Shown here: positions 43,301-58,300 of the stretch, in pieces
Layout: every line of letters starts with the position of its first letter
How positions within the stretch are numbered: the first letter of the stretch is position 1
Assembly: GCA_964016885.1 (NCBI GenBank)
Contig: OZ024752.1
Span: 23,126,001-23,190,000, forward strand
Direction: 5' to 3'
Length of the DNA: 64,000 nucleotides
Origin: Eledone cirrhosa
Taxonomy: Eukaryota
Notes under the pieces: generated by a model
What the model was told of the DNA's origin: nothing
Seen by the model: only the letters and a program-made list of their open reading frames with translations
Databases searched by the model: none
Made by a program: the position numbers and the translations under genes

Positions 43301-46300
43301 ATCTGACGTTCTAACGACTGTCATTCTATCTGACGTTCTAACAACTGTCATTCTATCTGACATTCTAGCGATTGTCATTCTATCTGACGTTCTAACAACT
43401 GTCATTGTATCTGACGTTCTAATGACTGTCATTCTATCTGACATTCTATCTAACGTTCTAACAACTGTCATTCTATCTGACATTCTAGCGACTGTCATTC
43501 TATCTGACATTCTAACGACTGTCATTCTATCTGACGTTCTAACAACTGTCATTCTATCTAACGTTCTAATGACTGTCATTATTTCTGACGTTCTAGCGAC
43601 TGTCATCCTATCTGACGTTCTAACGACTGTCATTCTATCTGGCGTTCTAATGACTGTCATTCTATCTGACATTATAGCAACTGTCATTCTATCTAACGTT
43701 CTAACCACTGTCATTCTATCTGACGTTCTAGCGATTGTCATCCTATCTGACTTTCTAACGACTGTCATTCTATCTGACGTTCTAACGACTGTCATTCTGT
43801 CTGACGTTCTAGCGATTGTCATCCTATCTGACGTTCTAACGACTGTCATTCTATCTGACGTTCTAACAACTGTCATTCTATCTAACGTTCTAATGACTGT
43901 CATTATTTCTGACGTTCTAGCGACTGTCATTCCATATGACGTTCTAACGACTGTCATTCTATCTGCCCTTTTAGAGACTGTCATTCTATCTTACGTTCTA
44001 ACAACTGTCATTCTATCTGACGTTCTAACGACTGTCATTCTATCTGATGTTCTAACGATTGTCATTCTATCTGACGTTCTAGCGACTGGCATTCTATCTC
44101 AGTTCTAATGACTGTCATTCTATCTGACGTCCTAGCGACTGTCATCCTATATGATTTTCTAACGACTGTCATTCTATCTGACGTTCTAACGACTGTCGTT
44201 CTATCTGACGTTCTAACAACTGTCATTCTATCTGACGTTCTAACGACTGTCATTCTATCTGATTTTCTAACGACTGTCATTCTATCTGACGTTCTAGCGA
44301 CTGTCATTCTATCTGAGTTTTAATGACTGTCATTCTATCTGACGTCCTAGCGACTGTCATTCTATCTGACGTTCTAACCACTGTCATTCTATCTGACGTT
44401 CTAGCGATTATCATCCTATCTGACTTTCTAACGACTGCCATTCTATCTGACGTTCTAACGACTGTCATTCTATCTGACGTTCTAGCGATTGTCATCCTAT
44501 CTGACGTTCTAACGACTGTCATTCTATCTGACGTTCTAACGACTGTCATTCTATCTAACCTTCTAGCGACTGTCATTCTATCTGACGTTCTAACGTCTGT
44601 CATTCTATCTGACGTTCTAACAACTGTCATTCTATCTGACGTTCTAATGACTGTCATTCTATCTGACATTCTAGCAACTGTCATTCTATCTAACGTTCTA
44701 ACAACTGTCATTCTATCTGACGTTCTAGCGACTGTCATTCTATCTGACGTTCTAACGACTGTCATTCTACCTGACATTCTAGCAACTGTCATTCTATCTA
44801 ACGTTCTAACAACTGTCATTCTATCTGATTTTCTAACGACTGTCATTCTATCTGACGTTCTAGCGACTGTCATTCTATCTGAGTTCTAATGACTGTCATT
44901 CTATCTGACGTCCTAGCGACTGTCATTCTATCTGACGTTCTAACCACTGTCATTCTATCTGACGTTCTAGCGACTGTCATTCTATCTGACGTTCTAGCGA
45001 CTGTCATTCTACCTGACGTTCTAGCGACTGTAACTTTATCTGACGTGCTAACGACTGCCATTCTACCTGACGTTCTAACAACTGTCATTCTATCTGACGT
45101 TCTAACGATTGTCATTCTATCTGACGTTCTAACCACTGTCATTCTATCTGACGTTCTAACGACTGTCATTCTATCTGACGTTCTAACAACTGTCATTCTA
45201 TCTGACGTTCTAACGACTGTCATTATATCTGACGTTCAAGCGACTGTCATTCTATTTCACGTTATAAAGACTGTCATTCTATCTGACATTCTAGCGATTG
45301 TCATTCTATCTGACGTTCTAACAACTGTCATTCTATCTGACGTTCTAATGACTGTCATTCTATCTGACATTCTATCTAACGCTCTAACAACTGTCATTCT
45401 ATCTGACATTCTAACGACTGTCATTCTATCTGACGTTCTAACAACTGTCATTCTATCTAACGTTCTAACGACTGTCATTATTTCTGACGTTCTAGCGACT
45501 GTCATTCCATATGACGTTCTAACGACTGTCATTCTATCTGCCGTTCAAGCGACTGTCATTCTATTTAATTTTCTAAAGACTGTCATTCTATCTGACATTC
45601 TAGCGACTGTCATTCTATCTGACGTTCTAACAACCGTCATTCTATCTGACGTTCTAATGACTGTCATTCTATATGACATTCTAGCAACTGTCATTCTATC
45701 TAACGTTCTAACCACTGTCATTCTATCTGAAGTTCTAGCGACTGTCATTCCATCTGACGTTCTAACGAGTGTCATTCTATCTGCCGTTCTAACGACTGTC
45801 ATTCTATCTGATGGTCTAACGACTGTCATTCTATCTGACTTTCTAACAACCGTCATTCTATCTGACGTCCTAACCACTGTCATTCTATCTGATGTTCTAA
45901 CGACTGTCATTCTATCTTACGTTCTAACAACTGTCATTCTATCTGACGTTCTAACGACTGTCATTCTATCTGATGTTCGAACGACTGTCATTCTATCTGA
46001 CGTTCTAGCGACTGTCATTCTATCTGAGTTCTAATGACTGTCATTCTATCTGACGTCCTAGCGACTGTCATTCTATCTGACGTTCTAACCACTGTCATTC
46101 TATCTGAAGTCCTAGCGACTGTCATTCAATCTGACGTTCTAACCACTGTCATTCTATCTGACGTTCTAGCGATTGTCATCCTATCTGACTTTCTAACGAC
46201 TGTCATTCTATCTGACGTTCTAACGACTGTCATTCTATCTGACGTTCTAACGACTGTCATTCTATCTGACGTTCTAACAACTGTCATTCTATCTGACGTT

Positions 46301-49300
46301 CTAATGACTGTCATTCTATCTGACATTCTAGCAACTGTCATTCTATCTAACGTTCTAACAACTGTCATTCTATCTGACGTTCTAGCGACTCTCATTCTAT
46401 CTGACGTTCTAACGACTGACATTCTACCTGACATTCTAGCAACTGTCATTCTATCTAACGTTCTAACAACTGTCATTCTATCTGACGTTCTAGCGACTGT
46501 CATTCTATCTGACATTCTAACGACTGTCATTCTATCTGACGTTCTAGCGACTGTCATTCTACCTGACGTTCTAGCGACTGTAACTTTATCTGACGTGCTA
46601 ACGACTGCCATTCTACCTGACGTTCTAACGACTGTCATTCTATCTGACGCTCTAACGATTGTCATTCTATCTGACGTTCTAACCACTGTCATTCTATCTG
46701 ACGTTCTAGCGACTATCATTCCATCTGACGTTCTAACGACTGTCATTCTATCTGACGTCCTAGCAACTGTCATTCTATTTGACGTTCTAACGACTGTCAT
46801 TTTATCTGACGTTCTAACGACTGTCATTCTATCTGACGTTCTAACAACTGTCATTCTATCTGACATTCTAGCGATTGTCATTCTATCTGACGTTCTAACA
46901 ACTGTCATTCTATCTGACGTTCTAATGACTGTCATTCTATCTGACATTCTATCTAACGTTCTAACAACTGTCATTCTATCTGACATTCTAGCGACTGTCA
47001 TTCTATCTGACATTCTAACGACTGTCATTCTATCTGACGTTCTAACAACTGTCATTCTATCTAACGTTCTAATGACTGTCATTATTTCTGACGTTCTAGC
47101 GACTGTCATCCTATCTGACGTTCTAACGACTGTCATTCTATCTGGCGTTCTAATGACTGTCATTCTATCTGACATTATAGCAACTGTCATTCTATCTAAC
47201 GTTCTAACCACTGTCATTCTATCTGACGTTCTAGCGATTGTCATCCTATCTGACTTTCTAACGACTGTCATTCTATCTGACGTTCTAACGACTGTCATTC
47301 TGTCTGACGTTCTAGCGATTGTCATCCTATCTGACGTTCTAACGACTGTCATTCTATCTGACGTTCTAACAACTGTCATTCTATCTAACGTTCTAATGAC
47401 TGTCATTATTTCTGACGTTCTAGCGACTGTCATTCCATATGACGTTCTAACGACTGTCATTCTATCTGCCCTTTTAGAGACTGTCATTCTATCTTACGTT
47501 CTAACAACTGTCATTCTATCTGACGTTCTAACGACTGTCATTCTATCTGATGTTCTAACGATTGTCATTCTATCTGACGTTCTAGCGACTGGCATTCTAT
47601 CTCAGTTCTAATGACTGTCATTCTATCTGACGTCCTAGCGACTGTCATCCTATATGATTTTCTAACGACTGTCATTCTATCTGACGTTCTAACGACTGTC
47701 GTTCTATCTGACGTTCTAGCGATTGTCATCCTATCTGACGTTCCAACGACTGTCATTCTATCTGGCGTTCTAATGACTGTCATTCTATCTGACATTATAG
47801 CAACTGTCATTCTATCTAACGTTCTAACCACTGTCATTCTATCTGACGTTCTAGCGATTGTCATCCTATCTGACTTTCTAACGACTGTCATTCTATCTGA
47901 CGTTCTAACGACTGTCATTCTGTCTGAGGTTCTAGCGATTGTCATCCTATCTGACGTTCTAACGACTGTCATTCTATCTGACGTTCTAATGACTGTCATT
48001 CTATCTGACATTCTAGCAACTGTCATTCTATCTTACGTTCTAACAACTGTCATTCTATCTGACGTTCTAACGACTGTCATTCTATCTGACGTTCTAACAA
48101 CTGTCATTCTATCTGACGTTCTAACGACTGTCATTCTATCTGACGTTCTAGCGACTGTCATTCTATCTGACGTTCTAGCGTCTGTCATTCTATCTGACGT
48201 TCTAACAACTGTCATTCTATCTAACGTTCTAATGACTGTCATTATTTCTGACGTTCTAGCGACTGTCATTCCATATGACGTTCTAACGACTGTCATTCTA
48301 TCTGCCCTTTTAGAGACTGTCATTCTATCTTACGTTCTAACAACTGTCATTCTATCTGACGTTCTAACGACTGTCATTCTATCTGATGTTCTAACGATTG
48401 TCATTCTATCTGACGTTCTAGCGACTGGCATTCTATCTCAGTTCTAATGACTGTCATTCTATCTGACGTCCTAGCGACTGTCATCCTATATGATTTTCTA
48501 ACGACTGTCATTCTATCTGACGTTCTAACGACTGTCGTTCTATCTGACGTTCTAACAACTGTCATTCTATCTGACGTTCTAACGACTGTCATTCTATCTG
48601 ATTTTCTAACGACTGTCATTCTATCTGACGTTCTAGCGACTGTCATTCTATCTGAGTTTTAATGACTGTCATTCTATCTGACGTCCTAGCGACTGTCATT
48701 CTATCTGACGTTCTAACCACTGTCATTCTATCTGACGTTCTAGCGATTATCATCCTATCTGACTTTCTAACGACTGCCATTCTATCTGACGTTCTAACGA
48801 CTGTCATTCTATCTGACGTTCTAGCGATTGTCATCCTATCTGACGTTCTAACGACTGTCATTCTATCTGACGTTCTAACGACTGTCATTCTATCTAACCT
48901 TCTAGCGACTGTCATTCTATCTGACGTTCTAACGTCTGTCATTCTATCTGACGTTCTAACAACTGTCATTCTATCTGACGTTCTAATGACTGTCATTCTA
49001 TCTGACATTCTAGCAACTGTCATTCTATCTAACGTTCTAACAACTGTCATTCTATCTGACGTTCTAGCGACTGTCATTCTATCTGACGTTCTAACGACTG
49101 TCATTCTACCTGACATTCTAGCAACTGTCATTCTATCTAACGTTCTAACAACTGTCATTCTATCTGATTTTCTAACGACTGTCATTCTATCTGACGTTCT
49201 AGCGACTGTCATTCTATCTGAGTTCTAATGACTGTCATTCTATCTGACGTCCTAGCGACTGTCATTCTATCTGACGTTCTAACCACTGTCATTCTATCTG

Positions 49301-52300
49301 ACGTTCTAGCGACTGTCATTCTATCTGACGTTCTAGCGACTGTCATTCTACCTGACGTTCTAGCGACTGTAACTTTATCTGACGTGCTAACGACTGCCAT
49401 TCTACCTGACGTTCTAACAACTGTCATTCTATCTGACGTTCTAACGATTGTCATTCTATCTGACGTTCTAACCACTGTCATTCTATCTGACGTTCTAACG
49501 ACTGTCATTCTATCTGACGTTCTAACAACTGTCATTCTATCTGACGTTCTAACGACTGTCATTATATCTGACGTTCAAGCGACTGTCATTCTATTTCACG
49601 TTATAAAGACTGTCATTCTATCTGACATTCTAGCGATTGTCATTCTATCTGACGTTCTAACAACTGTCATTCTATCTGACGTTCTAATGACTGTCATTCT
49701 ATCTGACATTCTATCTAACGCTCTAACAACTGTCATTCTATCTGACATTCTAACGACTGTCATTCTATCTGACGTTCTAACAACTGTCATTCTATCTAAC
49801 GTTCTAACGACTGTCATTATTTCTGACGTTCTAGCGACTGTCATTCCATATGACGTTCTAACGACTGTCATTCTATCTGCCGTTCAAGCGACTGTCATTC
49901 TATTTAATTTTCTAAAGACTGTCATTCTATCTGACATTCTAGCGACTGTCATTCTATCTGACGTTCTAACAACCGTCATTCTATCTGACGTTCTAATGAC
50001 TGTCATTCTATATGACATTCTAGCAACTGTCATTCTATCTAACGTTCTAACCACTGTCATTCTATCTGAAGTTCTAGCGACTGTCATTCCATCTGACGTT
50101 CTAACGAGTGTCATTCTATCTGCCGTTCTAACGACTGTCATTCTATCTGATGGTCTAACGACTGTCATTCTATCTGACTTTCTAACAACCGTCATTCTAT
50201 CTGACGTCCTAACCACTGTCATTCTATCTGATGTTCTAACGACTGTCATTCTATCTTACGTTCTAACAACTGTCATTCTATCTGACGTTCTAACGACTGT
50301 CATTCTATCTGATGTTCGAACGACTGTCATTCTATCTGACGTTCTAGCGACTGTCATTCTATCTGAGTTCTAATGACTGTCATTCTATCTGACGTCCTAG
50401 CGACTGTCATTCTATCTGACGTTCTAACCACTGTCATTCTATCTGAAGTCCTAGCGACTGTCATTCAATCTGACGTTCTAACCACTGTCATTCTATCTGA
50501 CGTTCTAGCGATTGTCATCCTATCTGACTTTCTAACGACTGTCATTCTATCTGACGTTCTAACGACTGTCATTCTATCTGACGTTCTAACGACTGTCATT
50601 CTATCTGACGTTCTAACAACTGTCATTCTATCTGACGTTCTAATGACTGTCATTCTATCTGACATTCTAGCAACTGTCATTCTATCTAACGTTCTAACAA
50701 CTGTCATTCTATCTGACGTTCTAGCGACTCTCATTCTATCTGACGTTCTAACGACTGACATTCTACCTGACATTCTAGCAACTGTCATTCTATCTAACGT
50801 TCTAACAACTGTCATTCTATCTGACGTTCTAGCGACTGTCATTCTATCTGACATTCTAACGACTGTCATTCTATCTGACGTTCTAGCGACTGTCATTCTA
50901 CCTGACGTTCTAGCGACTGTAACTTTATCTGACGTGCTAACGACTGCCATTCTACCTGACGTTCTAACGACTGTCATTCTATCTGACGCTCTAACGATTG
51001 TCATTCTATCTGACGTTCTAACCACTGTCATTCTATCTGACGTTCTAGCGACTATCATTCCATCTGACGTTCTAACGACTGTCATTCTATCTGACGTCCT
51101 AGCAACTGTCATTCTATTTGACGTTCTAACGACTGTCATTTTATCTGACGTTCTAACGACTGTCATTCTATCTGACGTTCTAACAACTGTCATTCTATCT
51201 GACATTCTAGCGATTGTCATTCTATCTGACGTTCTAACAACTGTCATTCTATCTGACGTTCTAATGACTGTCATTCTATCTGACATTCTATCTAACGTTC
51301 TAACAACTGTCATTCTATCTGACATTCTAGCGACTGTCATTCTATCTGACATTCTAACGACTGTCATTCTATCTGACGTTCTAACAACTGTCATTCTATC
51401 TAACGTTCTAATGACTGTCATTATTTCTGACGTTCTAGCGACTGTCATCCTATCTGACGTTCTAACGACTGTCATTCTATCTGGCGTTCTAATGACTGTC
51501 ATTCTATCTGACATTATAGCAACTGTCATTCTATCTAACGTTCTAACCACTGTCATTCTATCTGACGTTCTAGCGATTGTCATCCTATCTGACTTTCTAA
51601 CGACTGTCATTCTATCTGACGTTCTAACGACTGTCATTCTGTCTGACGTTCTAGCGATTGTCATCCTATCTGACGTTCTAACGACTGTCATTCTATCTGA
51701 CGTTCTAACAACTGTCATTCTATCTAACGTTCTAATGACTGTCATTATTTCTGACGTTCTAGCGACTGTCATTCCATATGACGTTCTAACGACTGTCATT
51801 CTATCTGCCCTTTTAGAGACTGTCATTCTATCTTACGTTCTAACAACTGTCATTCTATCTGACGTTCTAACGACTGTCATTCTATCTGACGTTCTAACGA
51901 CTGTCGTTCTATCTGACGTTCTAGCGATTGTCATCCTATCTGACGTTCCAACGACTGTCATTCTATCTGGCGTTCTAATGACTGTCATTCTATCTGACAT
52001 TATAGCAACTGTCATTCTATCTAACGTTCTAACCACTGTCATTCTATCTGACGTTCTAGCGATTGTCATCCTATCTGACTTTCTAACGACTGTCATTCTA
52101 TCTGACGTTCTAACGACTGTCATTCTGTCTGAGGTTCTAGCGATTGTCATCCTATCTGACGTTCTAACGACTGTCATTCTATCTGACGTTCTAATGACTG
52201 TCATTCTATCTGACATTCTAGCAACTGTCATTCTATCTTACGTTCTAACAACTGTCATTCTATCTGACGTTCTAACGACTGTCATTCTATCTGACGTTCT

Positions 52301-55300
52301 AACAACTGTCATTCTATCTGACGTTCTAACGACTGTCATTCTATCTGACGTTCTAGCGACTGTCATTCTATCTGACGTTCTAGCGTCTGTCATTCTATCT
52401 GACGTTCTAACAACTGTCATTCTATCTAACGTTCTAACGACTGTCATTATATCTGACGTTCTAACAACTGTCATTCTATCTAACGTTCTAACGACTGTCA
52501 TTATATCTGACGTTCTAGCGACTGTCATTCTATCTGACATTCTAACCACTGTCATTCTATCTGACGTTCTAGCAACTGTCATCCTACGTGACCCTCTAGC
52601 GACTGTCATTCTATCTAACGTTCTAACCACTGTCATTCTATCTGACGTTCTAGCGACAGTCATTCTATCTGAAGTTCTAACGACTGTCATTTTATCTGAT
52701 GTGCTAACGATGCCATTCTATCTGACGTTCTAGCGACTGTAACTTTATCTGACGTGCTAACGACTGCCATTCTACCTGACGTTCTAGCGACTTTCATTCT
52801 ATGTGACGTTCTAACAACTGTCATTCTATCTGACGTTCTAATGACTGTCATTCTATCTAACATTCTAGCAACTGTCATTCTCTCTGAAGTTCTAGCGACT
52901 GTAATTCTCTCTGACGTTCTAACGATTGTCATTCTATCTGACGTTCTAACCACCGTCATTCTATCTGAGTTCTAACGACTGTCATTCTATCTGACGTCCT
53001 AGCGACTGTCATTCTATCTGACGTTCTAACCAATGTCATTCTATCTGACGTTCTAGCGATTGTCATTTTCTCTGACGTTCTAGTGACTGTCATTCTATCT
53101 GACGTTCTAGCGACTGTCATTCTATCTGACGTTCTAGCGACTGTCATTCTACCTGACGTTCTAGCGACTGTAACTTTATCTGACGTGCTAACGACTGCCA
53201 TTCTACCTGACGTTCTAACAACTGTCATTCTATCTGACGTTCTAACGATTGTCATTCTATCTGACGTTCTAACCACTGTCATTCTATCTGACGTTCTAAC
53301 GACTGTCATTCTATCTGACGTTCTAACAACTGTCATTCTATCTGACGTTCTAACGACTGTCATTATATCTGACGTTCAAGCGACTGTCATTCTATTTCAC
53401 GTTATAAAGACTGTCATTCTATCTGACATTCTAGCGATTGTCATTCTATCTGACGTTCTAACAACTGTCATTCTATCTGACGTTCTAATGACTGTCATTC
53501 TATCTGACATTCTATCTAACGCTCTAACAACTGTCATTCTATCTGACATTCTAACGACTGTCATTCTATCTGACGTTCTAACAACTGTCATTCTATCTAA
53601 CGTTCTAACGACTGTCATTATTTCTGACGTTCTAGCGACTGTCATTCCATATGACGTTCTAACGACTGTCATTCTATCTGCCGTTCAAGCGACTGTCATT
53701 CTATTTAATTTTCTAAAGACTGTCATTCTATCTGACATTCTAGCGACTGTCATTCTATCTGACGTTCTAACAACCGTCATTCTATCTGACGTTCTAATGA
53801 CTGTCATTCTATATGACATTCTAGCAACTGTCATTCTATCTAACGTTCTAACCACTGTCATTCTATCTGAAGTTCTAGCGACTGTCATTCCATCTGACGT
53901 TCTAACGAGTGTCATTCTATCTGCCGTTCTAACGACTGTCATTCTATCTGATGGTCTAACGACTGTCATTCTATCTGACTTTCTAACAACCGTCATTCTA
54001 TCTGACGTCCTAACCACTGTCATTCTATCTGATGTTCTAACGACTGTCATTCTATCTTACGTTCTAACAACTGTCATTCTATCTGACGTTCTAACGACTG
54101 TCATTCTATCTGATGTTCGAACGACTGTCATTCTATCTGACGTTCTAGCGACTGTCATTCTATCTGAGTTCTAATGACTGTCATTCTATCTGACGTCCTA
54201 GCGACTGTCATTCTATCTGACGTTCTAACCACTGTCATTCTATCTGAAGTCCTAGCGACTGTCATTCAATCTGACGTTCTAACCACTGTCATTCTATCTG
54301 ACGTTCTAGCGATTGTCATCCTATCTGACTTTCTAACGACTGTCATTCTATCTGACGTTCTAACGACTGTCATTCTATCTGACGTTCTAACGACTGTCAT
54401 TCTATCTGACGTTCTAACAACTGTCATTCTATCTGACGTTCTAATGACTGTCATTCTATCTGACATTCTAGCAACTGTCATTCTATCTAACGTTCTAACA
54501 ACTGTCATTCTATCTGACGTTCTAGCGACTCTCATTCTATCTGACGTTCTAACGACTGACATTCTACCTGACATTCTAGCAACTGTCATTCTATCTAACG
54601 TTCTAACAACTGTCATTCTATCTGACGTTCTAGCGACTGTCATTCTATCTGACATTCTAACGACTGTCATTCTATCTGACGTTCTAGCGACTGTCATTCT
54701 ACCTGACGTTCTAGCGACTGTAACTTTATCTGACGTGCTAACGACTGCCATTCTACCTGACGTTCTAACGACTGTCATTCTATCTGACGCTCTAACGATT
54801 GTCATTCTATCTGACGTTCTAACCACTGTCATTCTATCTGACGTTCTAGCGACTATCATTCCATCTGACGTTCTAACGACTGTCATTCTATCTGACGTCC
54901 TAGCAACTGTCATTCTATTTGACGTTCTAACGACTGTCATTTTATCTGACGTTCTAACGACTGTCATTCTATCTGACGTTCTAACAACTGTCATTCTATC
55001 TGACATTCTAGCGATTGTCATTCTATCTGACGTTCTAACAACTGTCATTCTATCTGACGTTCTAATGACTGTCATTCTATCTGACATTCTATCTAACGTT
55101 CTAACAACTGTCATTCTATCTGACATTCTAGCGACTGTCATTCTATCTGACATTCTAACGACTGTCATTCTATCTGACGTTCTAACAACTGTCATTCTAT
55201 CTAACGTTCTAATGACTGTCATTATTTCTGACGTTCTAGCGACTGTCATCCTATCTGACGTTCTAACGACTGTCATTCTATCTGGCGTTCTAATGACTGT

Positions 55301-58300
55301 CATTCTATCTGACATTATAGCAACTGTCATTCTATCTAACGTTCTAACCACTGTCATTCTATCTGACGTTCTAGCGATTGTCATCCTATCTGACTTTCTA
55401 ACGACTGTCATTCTATCTGACGTTCTAACGACTGTCATTCTGTCTGACGTTCTAGCGATTGTCATCCTATCTGACGTTCTAACGACTGTCATTCTATCTG
55501 ACGTTCTAACAACTGTCATTCTATCTAACGTTCTAATGACTGTCATTATTTCTGACGTTCTAGCGACTGTCATTCCATATGACGTTCTAACGACTGTCAT
55601 TCTATCTGCCCTTTTAGAGACTGTCATTCTATCTTACGTTCTAACAACTGTCATTCTATCTGACGTTCTAACGACTGTCATTCTATCTGATGTTCTAACG
55701 ATTGTCATTCTATCTGACGTTCTAGCGACTGGCATTCTATCTCAGTTCTAATGACTGTCATTCTATCTGACGTCCTAGCGACTGTCATCCTATATGATTT
55801 TCTAACGACTGTCATTCTATCTGACGTTCTAACGACTGTCGTTCTATCTGACGTTCTAGCGATTGTCATCCTATCTGACGTTCCAACGACTGTCATTCTA
55901 TCTGGCGTTCTAATGACTGTCATTCTATCTGACATTATAGCAACTGTCATTCTATCTAACGTTCTAACCACTGTCATTCTATCTGACGTTCTAGCGATTG
56001 TCATCCTATCTGACTTTCTAACGACTGTCATTCTATCTGACGTTCTAACGACTGTCATTCTGTCTGAGGTTCTAGCGATTGTCATCCTATCTGACGTTCT
56101 AACGACTGTCATTCTATCTGACGTTCTAATGACTGTCATTCTATCTGACATTCTAGCAACTGTCATTCTATCTTACGTTCTAACAACTGTCATTCTATCT
56201 GACGTTCTAACGACTGTCATTCTATCTGACGTTCTAACAACTGTCATTCTATCTGACGTTCTAACGACTGTCATTCTATCTGACGTTCTAGCGACTGTCA
56301 TTCTATCTGACGTTCTAGCGTCTGTCATTCTATCTGACGTTCTAACAACTGTCATTCTATCTAACGTTCTAACGACTGTCATTATATCTGACGTTCTAAC
56401 AACTGTCATTCTATCTAACGTTCTAACGACTGTCATTATATCTGACGTTCTAGCGACTGTCATTCTATCTGACATTCTAACCACTGTCATTCTATCTGAC
56501 GTTCTAGCAACTGTCATCCTACGTGACCCTCTAGCGACTGTCATTCTATCTAACGTTCTAACCACTGTCATTCTATCTGACGTTCTAGCGACAGTCATTC
56601 TATCTGAAGTTCTAACGACTGTCATTTTATCTGATGTGCTAACGATGCCATTCTATCTGACGTTCTAGCGACTGTAACTTTATCTGACGTGCTAACGACT
56701 GCCATTCTACCTGACGTTCTAGCGACTTTCATTCTATGTGACGTTCTAACAACTGTCATTCTATCTGACGTTCTAATGACTGTCATTCTATCTAACATTC
56801 TAGCAACTGTCATTCTCTCTGAAGTTCTAGCGACTGTAATTCTCTCTGACGTTCTAACGATTGTCATTCTATCTGACGTTCTAACCACCGTCATTCTATC
56901 TGAGTTCTAACGACTGTCATTCTATCTGACGTCCTAGCGACTGTCATTCTATCTGACGTTCTAACCAATGTCATTCTATCTGACGTTCTAGCGATTGTCA
57001 TTTTCTCTGACGTTCTAGTGACTGTCATTCTATCTGACGTTCTAACGACTGTCATTCTATCTGACGTTCAAGCGACTGTCATTCTATTTCACGTTCTAAA
57101 GACTGTCATTCTATCTGAAATTCTAGCGACTGTCATTCTATCTGACGTTCTAACAACCGTCATTCTATCTGACGTTCTAATGACTGTCATTCTATATGAC
57201 ATTCTAGCAACTGTCATTCTATCTAACGTTCTAACCACTGTCATTCTATCTGATGTTCTAGCGACTATCATTCCATCTAACGTTCTAACGACTGTCATTC
57301 TATCTGACGTCCTAGCAACTGTCATTCTATCTGACCTTCTAACGACTGTCATTTTATCTGACGTTCTAACGACTGTCATTCTATCTGACGTTCTAACAAC
57401 TGTCATTCTATCTGACGTTATAACGACTGTCATTCTATCTGACATTCTATCTAACGTTCTAACAACTGTCATTCTATCTGACATTCTAGCGACTGTCATT
57501 CTATCTGACATTCTAACGACTGTCATTCTATCTGACGTTCTAACAACTGTCATTCTATCTAACGTTCTAATGACTGTCATTATTTCTGACGTTCTAGCGA
57601 CTGTCATTCCATATGACGTTCTAACGACTGTCATTCTATCTGCCGTTTTAGAGACTGTCATTCTATCTTACGTTCTAACAACTGTCATTCTATCTGACGT
57701 TCTAACGACTGTCATTCTATCTGATGTTCTAACGACTGTCATTCTATCTGACGTTCTAGCGACTGTCATTCTATCTCAGTTCTAATGACTGTCATTCTAT
57801 CTGATGTTCTAACGACTGTCATTCTATCTGACGTCCTAGCGACTGTCATCCTATATGATTTTCTAACGACTGTCATTCTATATGACGTTCTAACGACTGT
57901 CGTTCTATCTGACGTTCTAGCGATTGTCATCCTATCTGACGTTCTAGCGACTGTCATTCTATCTGAGTTCTAATGACTGTCATTCTATCTGACGTCCTAG
58001 CGACTGTCATTCTATCTGACGTTCTAACCACTGTCATTCTATCTGAAGTCCTAGCGACTGTCATTCAATCTGACGTTCTAACCACTGTCATTCTATCTGA
58101 CGTTCTAGCGACTGTCATTCTATCTGACATTCTAACGACTGTCATTCTATCTGACGTTCTAGCGACTGTCATTCTACCTGACGTTCTAGCGACTGTAACT
58201 TTATCTGACGTGCTAATGACTGCCATTCTACCTGACGTTCTAACAACTGTCATTCTATCTGACGTTCTAATGACTGTCATTCTATCTGACATTCTAGCAA

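Noticed and set aside
42623-43984. Minus-strand ORFs (MTVVRTSDR repeats, up to 462 aa)
   Set aside because: These are the antisense reading of the same monomer, with an ATG in every unit. They are broken wherever TCA or AGA mutates to a stop and contain no non-repetitive sequence.
50373-52733. Long + strand ORFs (up to 786 aa, TVILSDVLT repeats) as real repeat-protein genes
   Set aside because: The 27-bp unit is a multiple of 3, and none of its + frame codons (ACT GTC ATT CTA TCT GAC GTT CTA ACG/GCG) is one substitution from a stop, so long ORFs are expected neutrally. There is no unique N- or C-terminal domain. ORFs end mostly at frameshifting monomers, and many variants are non-synonymous.
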